From Parvibaculales bacterium (GTDB lineage Bacteria; Pseudomonadota; Alphaproteobacteria; RS24): 64,000 bases of DNA. The position numbers and the translations under genes are program-made. The notes below the pieces were generated by a model. That model was not told the origin of the DNA, did no database searches, and saw only the letters and a program-made list of their open reading frames with translations. This document shows, one piece after another, positions 1 through 10,956 of the stretch (the stretch's first letter is position 1; every line of letters starts with the position of its first letter). The stretch lies in the NCBI GenBank assembly GCA_049611805.1, contig JBMZAX010000012.1, positions 1,088-65,087 on the forward strand, in the 5' to 3' direction.

Positions 1-915
1 CGCCAGCCCCAGCCCCTCGCCCTGCAAATAACGCTCAAGCCCCAAATTGGACATGACAGTGGCGACAATGCCCGGCGCGCTTAGGCGCTCATGGCGGTTC
101 CAGTCGGTCGCAATCAGCCCCATAATCTGGTCGCCATCAACAATGCGGCCGTTCTGGTCGCAAATGATGAGGCGGTCGGCGTCACCGTCAAGCGCGATGC
201 CGATATCGGCTTTTTCCGCGCGCACCGTGTCGGCCAGAAGGCGCGTATCGGTCGAGCCGCAGCCCTGATTGATGTTGAACCCGTCCGGCGCCACGCCGAT
301 GGTGACAACTTCGGCCCCCAATTCCCAAAGCGCGGTCGGGGCCACCTTATAGGCGGCACCATTGGCGCAGTCGATCACCAGCTTGACGCCCTCAAGCGTG
401 AGATGGCGCGGAAAGGTGCGCTTGGCAAATTCGATATAGCGCGCCTGGCTGTCGTCAATGCGTTTGGCGCGGCCCAGCTCGGCAGATGCGGCCAGTTCGC
501 TGTTCATCGGCGCATCCATCAGGGCTTCAATCTCATATTCGATTTTGTCGGAAAGCTTGAAACCGTCGGGCCCGAACAGTTTGATGCCATTGTCCTGATA
601 GGCATTGTGCGAGGCCGAAATCATAACGCCGATATCGGCGCGCAATGAGCGCGTGAGAAACGCAACGCCCGGCGTCGGTATCGGGCCGAACAAAAACACA
701 TCCATGCCCATGGAGGTGAAGCCGGATACCAGCGCCGGTTCAATCATATAGCCCGAAAGCCGCGTATCCTTGCCAATCACAACACGGTGGCGATGCTCGC
801 CACGGCGGAAATAACGCCCCGCCGCCAGCCCCAGTCGCAGGGCCATTTCAGCCGTCATGTTTTCGGCGTTGACACGCCCGCGTATGCCGTCTGTCCCGAA
901 ATATTTACGAATCAT
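1..915 (-). CDS. glmM: phosphoglucosamine mutase (first ~305 codons; 3' end lies beyond the left window edge)
   Basis: Not in the ORF track because it runs off the window. My minus-strand translation from ATG 915-913 gives [16 protein letters not shown]..., then [23 protein letters not shown] (phosphoserine loop of phosphohexomutases). Lies downstream of ftsH-folP, a common arrangement. Confidence 0.9.
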   Translation of the reverse strand, partial: MIRKYFGTDGIRGRVNAENMTAEMALRLGLAAGRYFRRGEHRHRVVIGKDTRLSGYMIEPALVSGFTSMGMDVFLFGPIPTPGVAFLTRSLRADIGVMISASHNAYQDNGIKLFGPDGFKLSDKIEYEIEALMDAPMNSELAASAELGRAKRIDDSQARYIEFAKRTFPRHLTLEGVKLVIDCANGAAYKVAPTALWELGAEVVTIGVAPDGFNINQGCGSTDTRLLADTVRAEKADIGIALDGDADRLIICDQNGRIVDGDQIMGLIATDWNRHERLSAPGIVATVMSNLGLERYLQGEGLGLA

Positions 916-1044
916 AATAACTCCGACGCTCTCGCAATGGCTTATGACCGATTTCAGCCGCCCAAGGCAAGTAACAAGCTGTTGCAACAAATTACGCGGC
1001 GGGGGCCCTCCCTGCGGGCTCCAAACGCCGCAGCACGCATTTGC

Positions 1045-1872
1045 TTACAAAAAACTGTCCAGATGACCGGCGACTTTCAATGCCTGATCCAATTGACCGA
1101 CATCATGTGTTCGAATGTAATCTATGCCTTGGCGCGCGGCAAATAATTCAGCCGAGAGGGATGCAGGCCCCGCCGCATCGGGCGGGCAATCGACAAGCGC
1201 GCGCAAGAAGCTCTTGCGCGACACACTCAGCAAAATTGGCAGGTCAAAAGCGCTTTTCAGCCGATCTATCCGGGCCAGCACAGCCCATGAGGTCTCCGGC
1301 CTGTTGCCCAGAAAAAAACCCATGCCGGGGTCGAGAACCATGCGCGACGCGTCGACGCCCGCGCGCGTCAGGGCGTCAAGGCGTGATTCGAAAAATGCCA
1401 GAATATGCTCCCAAATATCGCCGTCGGGCGGCGCGGCGCGCGTGGCAATGCCCTTGGCCTGAATGGCATGCATCACCACCAACCGGCATGGCGCGTCGGC
1501 CAGTAATTCGTAGATTTGCGGGTCGCCAAAGCCGTTAATGTCGTTCAGCCAGTCAGTGCCTTGCGCGAGGGCCCATTTTTGTGTTTCGGGCTGAAAACTG
1601 TCGACGGACAGCGCACATCCCAGCGCGCGCAAGCCCGGCCAAATGGCGGACAGTCTTTCGATCTCTTCTTCCGCCGAAACATCGCGCGCATCGGGATGGC
1701 TGGAAGCCGGGCCGATATCAAGCACATCGGCACCGGCCGCCACAAGGCTGGCGGCATGGGCTATTGCCGCATCGGGGTTCAGGAATTTACCGCCATCGGA
1801 AAAGCTGTCTTCGGTAATGTTAACAATACCGAATATGTGCGGTCGATATATGTGCGAACGGGGCGCGGTCAT
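1045..1872 (-). CDS. folP: dihydropteroate synthase
   Basis: 275 aa ORF. IFGIVNITEDSFSDGGKF pterin-binding N-terminal motif. ATG start checked at 1872. Follows ftsH. Confidence 0.9.
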   Translation of the reverse strand: MTAPRSHIYRPHIFGIVNITEDSFSDGGKFLNPDAAIAHAASLVAAGADVLDIGPASSHPDARDVSAEEEIERLSAIWPGLRALGCALSVDSFQPETQKWALAQGTDWLNDINGFGDPQIYELLADAPCRLVVMHAIQAKGIATRAAPPDGDIWEHILAFFESRLDALTRAGVDASRMVLDPGMGFFLGNRPETSWAVLARIDRLKSAFDLPILLSVSRKSFLRALVDCPPDAAGPASLSAELFAARQGIDYIRTHDVGQLDQALKVAGHLDSFL

Positions 1873-1886
1873 GTTGCGCCGAACCG

Positions 1887-3803
1887 TCAGGTGCCTTGCG
1901 GTTCCGGACCTCCGAACTGACCACCGGCCCCACCCACTTTCGGGAAGGGCGAGGCGGGCCCGCCGGCACCGGGCGTATTGTCCGTGTCATTGCGCTCCGG
2001 CGGTGTGCCGTTCAGCAAGCCGGTAATTTCATCGCCCGTAAGCGTTTCATATTCCAGCAAACCCTTGGCAATGGTGTGCAGATCATCCATTTTTTCCTGG
2101 CAGATGGTTTTGGCCTGTTCGTAGCCTTCTTCCACCAAACGCCGCACTTCGGCGTCGATTTTGCACTGGGTTTCTTCCGACATATTCTGTTGGCGCGCGA
2201 CCGAATGGCCCAGAAATACTTCCTGCTCATTCTCGCCATAGGCCAGCGGCCCCATTTCTTCGCTCATGCCATATTGGGTAACCATGGCCTTGGCCATATT
2301 GGTCGCCATTTGAATGTCCGAGGAAGCCCCTGAGGTCACTTTTTCGTGCCCGAATATCAACTCTTCGGCAATGCGGCCACCCATGGCAACCGCGAGATCG
2401 GCCTTCATTTTGGCGCGCGTCACCGAAAGCTGGTCGCGTTCGGGCAGGCGCATCACCATGCCCAGCGCACGCCCGCGCGGAATAATCGTCGCCTTATGCA
2501 CCGGATCGGAGGCCTCCATATTCAGCGCAACCAGCGCGTGGCCGCCCTCGTGATAGGCGGTGAGGCGTTTTTCCTCTTCCGTCATCACCATGGAGCGGCG
2601 CTCGGCGCCCATCATCACCTTGTCCTTGGCGTCTTCAAATTCCTGCATTGAAACCAGCCGCTTGGCGCGCCGCGCCGCCAAAAGCGCGGCTTCATTGACC
2701 AGATTGGCCAAATCGGCACCCGAAAAGCCCGGCGTGCCGCGCGCAATGGTGCGCGCTTCAACATCCGAGGCAAGCGGTGTCTTTTTCATATGCACTTTCA
2801 AGATTTTCTCGCGCCCGATAATGTCGGGATTGGGCACCACCACCTGCCGGTCAAACCGGCCGGGGCGCAAGAGTGCAGGGTCCAAAACGTCGGGGCGGTT
2901 GGTGGCGGCAATGAGAATAATGCTTTCATTGGCCTCAAACCCGTCCATCTCGACAAGCAATTGGTTGAGGGTCTGCTCACGTTCATCATTGCCCCCGCCC
3001 AGACCGGCACCGCGGTGGCGACCCACCGCATCAATCTCGTCGATGAAAATAATGCACGGCGCATTGGATTTGGCCTGCTCGAACATGTCGCGCACGCGGC
3101 TTGCGCCGACGCCGACAAACATTTCGACAAAATCCGAACCCGAAATTGAGAAGAACGGCACATTGGCTTCGCCCGCAATCGCGCGCGCCAGCAGCGTTTT
3201 ACCGGTGCCCGGAGGCCCCACGAGCAGCGCGCCCTTCGGGATACGACCGCCGAGACGCTGAAACTTCGCCGGGTCTTTCAAAAATTCGACAATTTCCAGC
3301 AAATCATCCTTGGCTTCGTCAATACCGGCAACATCGTCAAAAGTTACCCGACCATGCGCTTCGGTGAGCAATTTGGCCTTGGATTTGCCAAAGCCCATGG
3401 CACCGCGCCCGCCGCCTTGCATCTGGCGCATGAAAAACACCCATACGCCGATGAGCAACAGCATCGGGAACCATGAAATCAGAACCCCCAGCAATGTCGG
3501 TGAGCCGGAGCGGTCGGGGCGTGCGGTAATGGCTACGCCGCGCTCCTGCAAGCGTTGCACCAGCGACGGGTCATTTGGCGGCGCAAACGTCTTAAACGAA
3601 GAACCATCGGAGTAATGCCCCGATATGGCGTCGCCCTCAATGGTGACATCGGCAATGTTTCCGGCATCAACCTGCGCTGTAAACTGCGAAAAATTAATCT
3701 CATTATTCGCGGCATTACTGCGCGGACCCTGAAAAATATTGAACAGGGTGAACAACATTAGGGCAACAATGACCCAGACCGCAAAATTTCTCATTCCGCT
3801 CAC
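1887..3803 (-). CDS. ftsH: ATP-dependent zinc metalloprotease FtsH
   Basis: 638 aa. N-terminal TM segments, Walker A GPPGTGKT, Walker B IIFIDEID, zinc motif HEGGHAL. The track start at 3803 is GTG; ATG at 3794 (MRNFAVW) is an equally plausible start. Confidence 0.95.
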   Translation of the reverse strand: MSGMRNFAVWVIVALMLFTLFNIFQGPRSNAANNEINFSQFTAQVDAGNIADVTIEGDAISGHYSDGSSFKTFAPPNDPSLVQRLQERGVAITARPDRSGSPTLLGVLISWFPMLLLIGVWVFFMRQMQGGGRGAMGFGKSKAKLLTEAHGRVTFDDVAGIDEAKDDLLEIVEFLKDPAKFQRLGGRIPKGALLVGPPGTGKTLLARAIAGEANVPFFSISGSDFVEMFVGVGASRVRDMFEQAKSNAPCIIFIDEIDAVGRHRGAGLGGGNDEREQTLNQLLVEMDGFEANESIILIAATNRPDVLDPALLRPGRFDRQVVVPNPDIIGREKILKVHMKKTPLASDVEARTIARGTPGFSGADLANLVNEAALLAARRAKRLVSMQEFEDAKDKVMMGAERRSMVMTEEEKRLTAYHEGGHALVALNMEASDPVHKATIIPRGRALGMVMRLPERDQLSVTRAKMKADLAVAMGGRIAEELIFGHEKVTSGASSDIQMATNMAKAMVTQYGMSEEMGPLAYGENEQEVFLGHSVARQQNMSEETQCKIDAEVRRLVEEGYEQAKTICQEKMDDLHTIAKGLLEYETLTGDEITGLLNGTPPERNDTDNTPGAGGPASPFPKVGGAGGQFGGPEPQGT

Positions 3804-3884
3804 GATTTTTACCTTTCTTGCATTCCTCGATTAGGTCGAGGACGCCTCTCAGTCTGTGTTAAATATAGGGTCCGGCAGGGCACA

Positions 3885-5252
3885 TTACCACCCCGCCTTG
3901 CCGATGATGTCGGGCAGATACGGCGTATCCGGCTGCCATGGCACCATGCTAATCGCAGTTTGGTCTGCCAAAACCGGGCATGAAACCAGACCGTCTGCAT
4001 CAAAAACCGCTGGTAAAACATGGAGATAGCAACGCGGTACCGCTTTTGGCACTTGCAGTCCGGCGCGCTCAAGCAAGCCCAGCCCCTTACGCCCCAGGGG
4101 CGCGGCAAAAAGACCCGTTTTTGCCTTTTTGCCTTTACGAATAGCAACAAAAAACCGGCGATCCCAGACACTACCGGTACGCGTGAAGGCAACGGGCGGC
4201 ACAGCGTCCAACGCAGCCGCTTCGCGCCCGACCATAATCTCATTTGCCCGCCAGCGGATCATACACCCGCCCAGCGTGTGTCCGCCCGACGCGCGCGCCG
4301 CAATCAGCCCGGCGGCATGGGTGAGGCTCGTTTCAGACGGCGCGAATTTGACCGGCCCCATGCGGGCCATCACATGGGCCAATACGCGCAGGCGCAAAAG
4401 CGCCGGAAGAGTTAAAAAAGCGGCCTTGTCGAGGCTGTAAAACCCGCAAAAATGATAGCCGCCATGCGCCTGCAACCAGTCGGTCGTTTGTGTGTCCAGA
4501 TAGTCCCGCATCTGCCGCATATTGGCCGATGTCCGTGCCAGCGCCGGCGCGGTCAACCCCAATTCCTCAAGCATATTTGCCGCCTGCCGCCAGCGCACCC
4601 GCTCAAATTGTTCGTCTTGATTGCTGGGGTCTTCAACCCAGTCGAATTTGGCGCGGCGCACAATGCGCGCCAAAAGTTCAGGATCGGTGTCCAGAAACGG
4701 CCTCAGAATTTGCAAATCTCCGGCGGCGGTTTCCAGCTTTTGCACGCGCGCCATGCCCGACAGCCCGTCAACGCCGCTGCCGCGCGCCAGCCGCATCAAT
4801 ATTGTTTCGGCCTGATCGTGCTGATGATGGGCAAGAATCAGAGCCGGAATTTTGCGCCTCGCGCACCAGCCCGCCATCAGCCGATAGCGCAATTCGCGCG
4901 CCGCCTGCTGAATGCCGCTTGCGCCCAGCGGCGTATCGCTGCGCAAAATTTTATGCGGCAAGCCGACCCGTCGGCAGGTTTCGGCCACAAGGCGCATTTC
5001 GTGGCGCGCTTGTTTGCGCAGGCCGTGATCGACACTGACGACATGAAATTGCGGGGCATTGGGTTTTTTCTGCGCCGCCGCCGCCAGCGCGACAAGGGCC
5101 ATGGAGTCACGCCCGCCCGATACGGCCAAAGCGTAATGGTCGTGCGGGGCAAGCTGTTTCAGCGCCGCGAGAAAGCGCGGCGCGGTGGTCGGCGGTTTTT
5201 TCTCAGGACGCGCAGCCGACACGAGCTTTTTCAATCTGCACGCGCTTGGCAA
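3885..5252 (-). CDS. tilS: tRNA(Ile)-lysidine synthase
   Basis: 455 aa. PP-loop SGGRDSMAL near the N-terminus. Start uncertain: TTG at 5252 overlaps cpoB by 50 nt; in-frame GTG at 5222 is an alternative. Confidence 0.85.
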   Translation of the reverse strand: MPSACRLKKLVSAARPEKKPPTTAPRFLAALKQLAPHDHYALAVSGGRDSMALVALAAAAQKKPNAPQFHVVSVDHGLRKQARHEMRLVAETCRRVGLPHKILRSDTPLGASGIQQAARELRYRLMAGWCARRKIPALILAHHQHDQAETILMRLARGSGVDGLSGMARVQKLETAAGDLQILRPFLDTDPELLARIVRRAKFDWVEDPSNQDEQFERVRWRQAANMLEELGLTAPALARTSANMRQMRDYLDTQTTDWLQAHGGYHFCGFYSLDKAAFLTLPALLRLRVLAHVMARMGPVKFAPSETSLTHAAGLIAARASGGHTLGGCMIRWRANEIMVGREAAALDAVPPVAFTRTGSVWDRRFFVAIRKGKKAKTGLFAAPLGRKGLGLLERAGLQVPKAVPRCYLHVLPAVFDADGLVSCPVLADQTAISMVPWQPDTPYLPDIIGKAGW

Positions 5253-6396
5253 TCGCCTGCGGCGCTTGGGGAAATTTCACGGCGAGTTCCTTGAACGCAT
5301 CGCAACTTGTTTTTTTCTCGCCCATTGCGGCCAGCGTCATGCCCAATTTGAGAAGGCTGTCAGGGGCTTTGGTGCTTTGCTGATAGGTCGTATAGCCCGC
5401 CAGAAACGCTTCGGCCGCCTGCTTGAACTGGCGGCGCACATAAAAGGTCTCGCCCAGCCAATATTGCGCATTGCCGGCAAGCTTATGGGCCGGAAAACGC
5501 TTCAGCATTTGCTCAAAATCGGTTTGCGCACCGGCATAGGCGCCCGCGCGCAAATCTGCCAGAGCGCGCTCATAAAGGTCTTTGGGATCATTGAGTGCCG
5601 GCCGGATGGCGGCTTCGGCGGCCGGGTTTTGCATCGGCAAATCGCCCTCGCCAATCAGCGCAATTGACGCATCACCTTCGCTCACCGGCGCGTCCAGCTT
5701 TTCGACCGGTGTCGCCATACGAATTTGCCCCAGCACTTCCGGCGCTTCTGAGGGCATGTCATCGGGGTCACGCGCCGCGCGGCCCAGACTGCCTTCGATC
5801 TGCTGAAAGCGAAACTCATTGTCCTGGCGCACGGTTTCAACCTGTTGCATCAGCTTGTCCAGCGACTGCACAAGCTCTGCGGTCTGGCCGCTCACCTGCC
5901 GCAAATTTTCCTCAATCGTGCTGAGGCGCAAGCGCATGCCCGCGGCTTCCGCCGGGTCGGCAAAGGCATCATCTGTCTGTATCGGGGCCGGAATTGATGT
6001 ATTGGAAACCCCCGCCTCACCGGTCGGTCTGATACCCAATTCACCGATTTGCACCGCCATTTCTTCCAATCTTTCGTCGATCGTGCGCAGGCGTGTCATT
6101 TGCTGGCGCATCATCAGCGTGCGGTCGGCTGTCATGCGCTGTTCAAGTTCGGTAATTTTCGCCTGAAGCGCCGCCATGCTGTTTTGTGTACCCGACACCG
6201 CGTCACCACCGTCACCCGAACCATAAGGGCTCGGCGTGAGCGGGGTTAAGGGCGCCTCGATAACGGGCACCTCAATGATGGGAACCTCGCCCGCCATGTC
6301 CGGCGCGGGGGCTTCTTGTGCCGCCACAATATTCGGCCAGACCGAGGCAAGCCCCAGACAGGCCATTAACACGAAGTTTTTCATAGGCTCAAACAT
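5203..6396 (-). CDS. cpoB: Tol-Pal system protein CpoB/YbgF (signal peptide, coiled coil, C-terminal TPR)
   Basis: 397 aa. Signal peptide ...VAAQE, Q/E/L-rich coiled coil, C-terminal YbgF-type TPR (YWLGETFYVRRQFKQAAEAF). Immediately downstream of pal. Confidence 0.8.
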   Translation of the reverse strand: MFEPMKNFVLMACLGLASVWPNIVAAQEAPAPDMAGEVPIIEVPVIEAPLTPLTPSPYGSGDGGDAVSGTQNSMAALQAKITELEQRMTADRTLMMRQQMTRLRTIDERLEEMAVQIGELGIRPTGEAGVSNTSIPAPIQTDDAFADPAEAAGMRLRLSTIEENLRQVSGQTAELVQSLDKLMQQVETVRQDNEFRFQQIEGSLGRAARDPDDMPSEAPEVLGQIRMATPVEKLDAPVSEGDASIALIGEGDLPMQNPAAEAAIRPALNDPKDLYERALADLRAGAYAGAQTDFEQMLKRFPAHKLAGNAQYWLGETFYVRRQFKQAAEAFLAGYTTYQQSTKAPDSLLKLGMTLAAMGEKKTSCDAFKELAVKFPQAPQAIAKRVQIEKARVGCAS

Positions 6397-6420
6397 GCAC
6401 TAAATGCTGGCAAAAATAGG

Positions 6421-6455
6421 GCAAAAAGCAAAGGGCGCCTGAAAAGACGCCCTTT
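6421..6455 (-). terminator. rho-independent terminator-like hairpin between pal and cpoB
   Basis: Minus-strand RNA reads AAAGGGCG-UCUUUUCAGG-CGCCCUUU (8-bp stem, 10-nt loop) followed by GCUUUUUGC. Begins 19 nt after the pal stop. Confidence 0.5.
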
Positions 6456-6473
6456 ACGAAAGATTTTCCGGAA

Positions 6474-6959
6474 TTAGCGGATGGTTGAAACCGAACGACG
6501 GTTTTTCGACCAGCAGCTTTCTTCCGAGCACAGCGAAACCGGACGCTCTTTGCCGAAAGAGATTGTCTGCAGACGACCGGCATTTACGCCCTGAGAGATC
6601 AGAAAATCACGCACGGCATTGGCACGACGCGCGCCCAGAGCCAGATTGTATTCGCGTGTGCCGCGTTCGTCGGCATGGCCTTCAATGGTCAGATTAATGC
6701 CACCATTCTGGTTCAGCCATTCAGCCTGACGCACCAACGTGCCGCGGGCCGAAGCATCAAGAACAGACCGGTCTGTCGCGAAGAAAACGCGGTCGCCGAC
6801 ATTCTCGACAAGATATTTGGCCGATGAAGAACCGCCCGATACGGATGAAGAAGCCGAACCGGAACCCGTTGTGTAGCTTGGCGCGGCACATGCTGCGAGA
6901 ACCATGGCTGCAAAACCAAATGCCGCAAATTTTTTCAAAGGTGAATAAGTGGTCATCAT
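6474..6959 (-). CDS. pal: peptidoglycan-associated lipoprotein Pal
   Basis: OmpA-like C-terminal domain (NLTIEGHADERGTREYNLALGARRA); lipobox LAAC. Start moved from the track value 7004 to ATG 6959, which is preceded by GGAAGGAAG (SD). Confidence 0.9.
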   Translation of the reverse strand: MMTTYSPLKKFAAFGFAAMVLAACAAPSYTTGSGSASSSVSGGSSSAKYLVENVGDRVFFATDRSVLDASARGTLVRQAEWLNQNGGINLTIEGHADERGTREYNLALGARRANAVRDFLISQGVNAGRLQTISFGKERPVSLCSEESCWSKNRRSVSTIR

Positions 6960-7104
6960 GGGCTTCCTTCCGAATAAACCGATATGAACTGAACTGGACG
7001 TCATTTTATATTAACAAAACAAATTAGACAGTTTTGTTAAACCAAAACCGCGCATAAATGTAAACCTGCAAACTTATGCAGTGATGGCGTTTTGAATTCA
7101 CAAA

Positions 7105-8406
7105 CTAGCGAATGAGCGGCGACCAGGCCGGGTCCGAGGCCCAGCCTTCCACCGGAACGGGCTGTTCATTATAGCCCGTAACATCCACCGTCCATAATTT
7201 GGGGCCGCCATCGGCGCCCTTGCTTTCGCGGAAAAACGCCAATACGCGGCCATTTGGCGACCAGGCCGGGCCTTCATTGTGAAAGCCTTCGGTCAAAATG
7301 CGCTCGCCGCTGCCATCGGTTTTCATCACACCGATGAGAAACCGGCCCTTATAGGTTTTGGTAAAAGCGATCAAATCGCCGCGCGGCGACCACACAGGTG
7401 TTGCATATCGGCCCTCGCCATAGCTGATGCGCCGCACATTCGTGCCGTCGGATTCCATAATATAAATTTGCTGCGTGCCCATGCGGTCGGACTCGAAAAC
7501 GATTTGCCCGCCATCGGGCGCGTAGCACGGTGCGGTATCAATGGCGAGAGACGAGGTAAGCCGCCGAGTTTCGCGGGTGCGCAAATCCATTGTGTAAATG
7601 TTTGAATTGCCGTTGCGCTCAAGGCTCATCACAATTTTCTGGCCGTCGGGCGAAAACCGCGGCGCAAAAGTCATGCCCGGAAAATCACCGACGACTTCCT
7701 GCTGTCCGGTCTCAATATTCAGCAGATAAACGCGCGGCTTGTTGCGATAATAAGACAAATAGGTGATTTCCTGCGCGGTCGGGCTGAAGCGCGGGGTCAG
7801 CGCCAGCGTGCGCCCGTCGGTCAGTTCGCTGCGCGCATAGCCGTCTTGATCCATGATTGCCAGCCGCTTGACGCGCTTGTTTTTGGGCCCGGACTCGGAC
7901 ACGAAAACAAGCCGCGTGTCGAAATATCCGGTTTCTCCGGTCAGGCGTTCATAAATTGCATCGGCGACAAGATGGCTGATGCGCCGCCAGTTTTCCGGCG
8001 TGGTGAAAAATTGCAAACCGGTCATTTGTTGCTGGGCAACCACATCCCACAATCTGAACTCAACCCGCAGGCGTCCGTCATTCTGGCGAATGGCGCGCCC
8101 CGTAACCAGCGCCAGCGCATTGACCAGCCGCCAGTCGCGAAAGCGCGGGCGCACATTCACATCGACCTGCGTTTCAATAAAAGCGGCACGGTCAATCGGG
8201 CGGAACAGCCCCGAACGCTCCAGATCCGCCGTGACGACCTGAGCCAGTTTCATGCCCACCCCGTCTTCACTCACAAAATCCAGCACCGCAATGGGCAGCG
8301 GCTCGACATTGCCTTGCGTGATATCAATCTTCAGCGCGGCATCGGCCGGTGCGCTTGCAAACACACCCAGCGCGACCACCCATCCCAGAAAATTACGAAT
8401 ACCCAT
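7105..8406 (-). CDS. tolB: Tol-Pal system beta-propeller protein TolB
   Basis: Signal peptide plus repeated FSPDG/WSPRG/WSPNG propeller blades. Start set to ATG 8406 (MGIRNFLGW...), which removes the overlap with tolA. Confidence 0.9.
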   Translation of the reverse strand: MGIRNFLGWVVALGVFASAPADAALKIDITQGNVEPLPIAVLDFVSEDGVGMKLAQVVTADLERSGLFRPIDRAAFIETQVDVNVRPRFRDWRLVNALALVTGRAIRQNDGRLRVEFRLWDVVAQQQMTGLQFFTTPENWRRISHLVADAIYERLTGETGYFDTRLVFVSESGPKNKRVKRLAIMDQDGYARSELTDGRTLALTPRFSPTAQEITYLSYYRNKPRVYLLNIETGQQEVVGDFPGMTFAPRFSPDGQKIVMSLERNGNSNIYTMDLRTRETRRLTSSLAIDTAPCYAPDGGQIVFESDRMGTQQIYIMESDGTNVRRISYGEGRYATPVWSPRGDLIAFTKTYKGRFLIGVMKTDGSGERILTEGFHNEGPAWSPNGRVLAFFRESKGADGGPKLWTVDVTGYNEQPVPVEGWASDPAWSPLIR

Positions 8407-8422
8407 GAAACAACCCTTCCTG

Positions 8423-9247
8423 CTAACCCCCCAGCATTTTGCCGGGATCAAATTTTAATTCAATGTCGCGCCAAGCGGCATATTTTTCGGGCGGCATTTC
8501 AAATGGCTGGCACCGGCGAATGGCGCGCAACACGCTTTCAGCCGCGGCGCGGAAAAACGGGTCGCCCAATTGCGCGCGGTTCATCACTTTCGGGCCTGCC
8601 GAAATCATACCATTGGGTGCCAGCGACACACGCACCTGCACAATCAAATCTTCAGCATTGCGCGCGCCCGATGGCGGGTTCCAGCAACGCCGCATCTGGG
8701 TGCGGAAGGCGTCAATCTCATTGAGGGTCAATCTGATATTTTCAGAAGCCACCTCTTCTTCCGCCACCGGCTCGGCCTCGGCCGGCGTATCGGGCGTTTT
8801 ATTCAGCAAAGCGCGGATCTGCGACACATCCAGCACCGGCTTCGGCTTGGGCGGCGCAGGCCGCGTCACGGGGCGCAATTGCCGGATTGGGCTGGCTTCG
8901 GCGGGTGCTTTTTCAACCGGCTCGGCAACCGTGTCGGCGGTCTTGTCGACAGGCGGTTCGCGCACCGGTTCGGGAAGCGGCATGGCCTCGGCCGGCGCGG
9001 GCGGCGGCGGGGCCGTCTCACGCGCCACGGGCGGGGCCGGTTTTGCAGATGTGGGTTCTTTTTCCAAAATTTCCTTTTTCGGTTTATCGCGCGTCAGGCG
9101 GGTGAACTCTTCCACCGTTACAATTTCCACCGGCAATAAGGCGTCATTTGTATCAAGCGTTGTCATGACAGGGGTCCAAAGCCCGACCCCCAGCGCCAGC
9201 GCGACGTGAAGCCCAAGCGAGGCGGATATGTCACGACCGGCAAGCAC
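8423..9247 (-). CDS. tolA: TolA-like protein (TM anchor, Pro/Ala/Glu-rich linker, TolA/TonB-type C-terminal domain)
   Basis: 274 aa. N-terminal [16 protein letters not shown], long [19 protein letters not shown]... linker. Sits between tolR and tolB. GTG start. Confidence 0.7.
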   Translation of the reverse strand: MLAGRDISASLGLHVALALGVGLWTPVMTTLDTNDALLPVEIVTVEEFTRLTRDKPKKEILEKEPTSAKPAPPVARETAPPPPAPAEAMPLPEPVREPPVDKTADTVAEPVEKAPAEASPIRQLRPVTRPAPPKPKPVLDVSQIRALLNKTPDTPAEAEPVAEEEVASENIRLTLNEIDAFRTQMRRCWNPPSGARNAEDLIVQVRVSLAPNGMISAGPKVMNRAQLGDPFFRAAAESVLRAIRRCQPFEMPPEKYAAWRDIELKFDPGKMLGG

Positions 9248-9252
9248 GGGGT

Positions 9253-9696
9253 CTATTTACGCCCGCTATCTTGTTCGGTAACCAGCGCGACGCGGGTAAA
9301 TCCGGCATTATTTATGCGCGCCACCACCGCCGCCACGCGCCCATAGGCCACATCACGGTCGCCGCGCACATAAATGCGCTGGTCATATCCGGTGCCGATA
9401 AGGGCCTTCAGGCGCGGCACGAGATCGCGCAGCTTAACTTCCGTTTCCTCGATAAAAATCTGACCGCCCTCATTGACCGAAATCGCCAGCGGCTCGTCAT
9501 CGCCCGTCAGCGCCTGCGCGCCGGCCTTGGGCAGATTGACGGGCACGCCCACCGTCAATAGCGGGGCGGCGACCATGAACACAATCAACAGCACCAGCAT
9601 CACATCGACCATCGGGGTCACATTAATCTCGCTCATGGGCTGGTAACGCGGGCGCCGCTGCGAGGCCGGTTTTTTTTCGGAAGTCGACATGCCCAT
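9253..9696 (-). CDS. tolR: Tol-Pal system protein TolR (ExbD/TolR family)
   Basis: 147 aa. MSEINVTPMVDVMLVLLIVFMV is the typical ExbD/TolR TM region. Follows tolQ. Confidence 0.85.
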   Translation of the reverse strand: MGMSTSEKKPASQRRPRYQPMSEINVTPMVDVMLVLLIVFMVAAPLLTVGVPVNLPKAGAQALTGDDEPLAISVNEGGQIFIEETEVKLRDLVPRLKALIGTGYDQRIYVRGDRDVAYGRVAAVVARINNAGFTRVALVTEQDSGRK

Positions 9697-9701
9697 CGCT
9701 T

Positions 9702-10412
9702 TTATCCGTTGTCAGACTGGCGCGCGAGCAGCACGGCAAAATCATCGGCAAACAAATCAAGGCGCGCACCGAAGCGTGTCAGATCATGGGAGAATTTATT
9801 ATAGGCGATAACGGCCGGTATGGCCGCCAGCAGCCCCAGACCGGTGGCAAAAAGCGCCTCGGCGATACCCGGCGCAACCACGGCCAAATTGGTGTCGCGC
9901 GTCATGGCAATCGCCTGAAAGCTGTTCATAATGCCCCATACCGTGCCGAAAAGACCGATAAAGGGCGCAACCGCACCGACCGTGGCCAAAAACAGCATGC
10001 GCCGCTCCAAAAGCCCCATTTCGCGTGCCACGGCGGAGGTCAGTGTCCGCTCCACCCGGCGGATTAAATTGGCATTGTTCTGATTTTTCTTGCCCTTCTC
10101 GCCACGCGCAAACTCGCGCATGGCGGCAATGAAAACGCCCGACATCGGGTCGGGGCGGCCCGAATTGACCTTGCGATAAAGGTTTTGCAACGAGTCTCCC
10201 GACCAGAATTGCTGTTCGAAATCCCCTGCCGCCTTGTCGATGCGCCGGAAAAGAAAGGTTTTTTCAAAAATAATCGCCCAACTCCAGACGGATGAGAAAA
10301 TCAGTCCGATCATGACAAGTTTGACAACGATATCGGCGCGTATAAATAGCGCCCATAATGAAAAATCTGTGGCTGCGGCCAGCGCCGACGGTTCAAGGGC
10401 TACCGTTTCCAT
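9702..10412 (-). CDS. tolQ: Tol-Pal system protein TolQ (MotA/TolQ/ExbB channel)
   Basis: 236 aa. Three TM segments and a conserved C-terminal half (GLFGTVWGIMNSF...VAPGIAEALFATGLGL). Confidence 0.9.
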   Translation of the reverse strand: METVALEPSALAAATDFSLWALFIRADIVVKLVMIGLIFSSVWSWAIIFEKTFLFRRIDKAAGDFEQQFWSGDSLQNLYRKVNSGRPDPMSGVFIAAMREFARGEKGKKNQNNANLIRRVERTLTSAVAREMGLLERRMLFLATVGAVAPFIGLFGTVWGIMNSFQAIAMTRDTNLAVVAPGIAEALFATGLGLLAAIPAVIAYNKFSHDLTRFGARLDLFADDFAVLLARQSDNG

Positions 10413-10480
10413 CTGTTACCTCTGTGCATTTTCGCGAAAAGATTAATGTGAAATTGTGACAAAACTTGGGCTGGCGGGTG

Positions 10481-10942
10481 TCACCCGCGTTGCGGCGCGT
10501 TAAAATCCGGCGGCTTATCGATGAGCCAGGGCGCCATCTGATCGACCGTTTTGGCGGGCATGCGCCGCGGCTTGCCGTCAAGGTCAATGCAAGCCGCTTG
10601 AATTTCTGCCTGCCACAATAATTCCCCGTCGCGGCGAATGGTTTGCCAAGCGGTCAGACGCGGGCCCCGCGCGGCGGTAAAAATCGTCTCCACCACCAGC
10701 ACATCATCAATGCGCGCCGGTGCGACAAAATCAATATTCATGCCGCGCACCACAAAGGCCAGCGGCGGCTCATGCGTCAGCAAATCGGAATGAATGACAC
10801 CGGCAAGCCGCAGGAAACTGGAACGACCGCGCTCGGCAAATTTCAGATAATTGGCGTGATACACCACGCCGGAAAAATCAGTGTCTTCGTAATAGACACG
10901 CATATCGAGCTTGTGAATTTTATCCGTAAACGCGCCGTCCAT
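10481..10942 (-). CDS. ybgC: tol-pal associated acyl-CoA thioesterase YbgC (4HBT hotdog fold)
   Basis: 153 aa. VYYEDTDFSGVVYHANYLKF active-site region. First gene of the tol cluster. Confidence 0.85.
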   Translation of the reverse strand: MDGAFTDKIHKLDMRVYYEDTDFSGVVYHANYLKFAERGRSSFLRLAGVIHSDLLTHEPPLAFVVRGMNIDFVAPARIDDVLVVETIFTAARGPRLTAWQTIRRDGELLWQAEIQAACIDLDGKPRRMPAKTVDQMAPWLIDKPPDFNAPQRG

Positions 10943-10956
10943 TCGCCCCGTATCCT

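Noticed and set aside
7038-7082. 14-codon minus-strand mini-ORF (MRGFGLTKLSNLFC) in the tolB-pal spacer.
   Set aside because: No SD, AT-rich composition atypical for coding sequence here, and too short to support from sequence alone.
10429-10440. 12-bp perfect palindrome TTTTCGCGAAAA in the ybgC-tolQ spacer.
   Set aside because: Spacer-less 6+6 palindromes are expected about 16 times by chance in 64 kb. No flanking support, such as second sites or a known motif.
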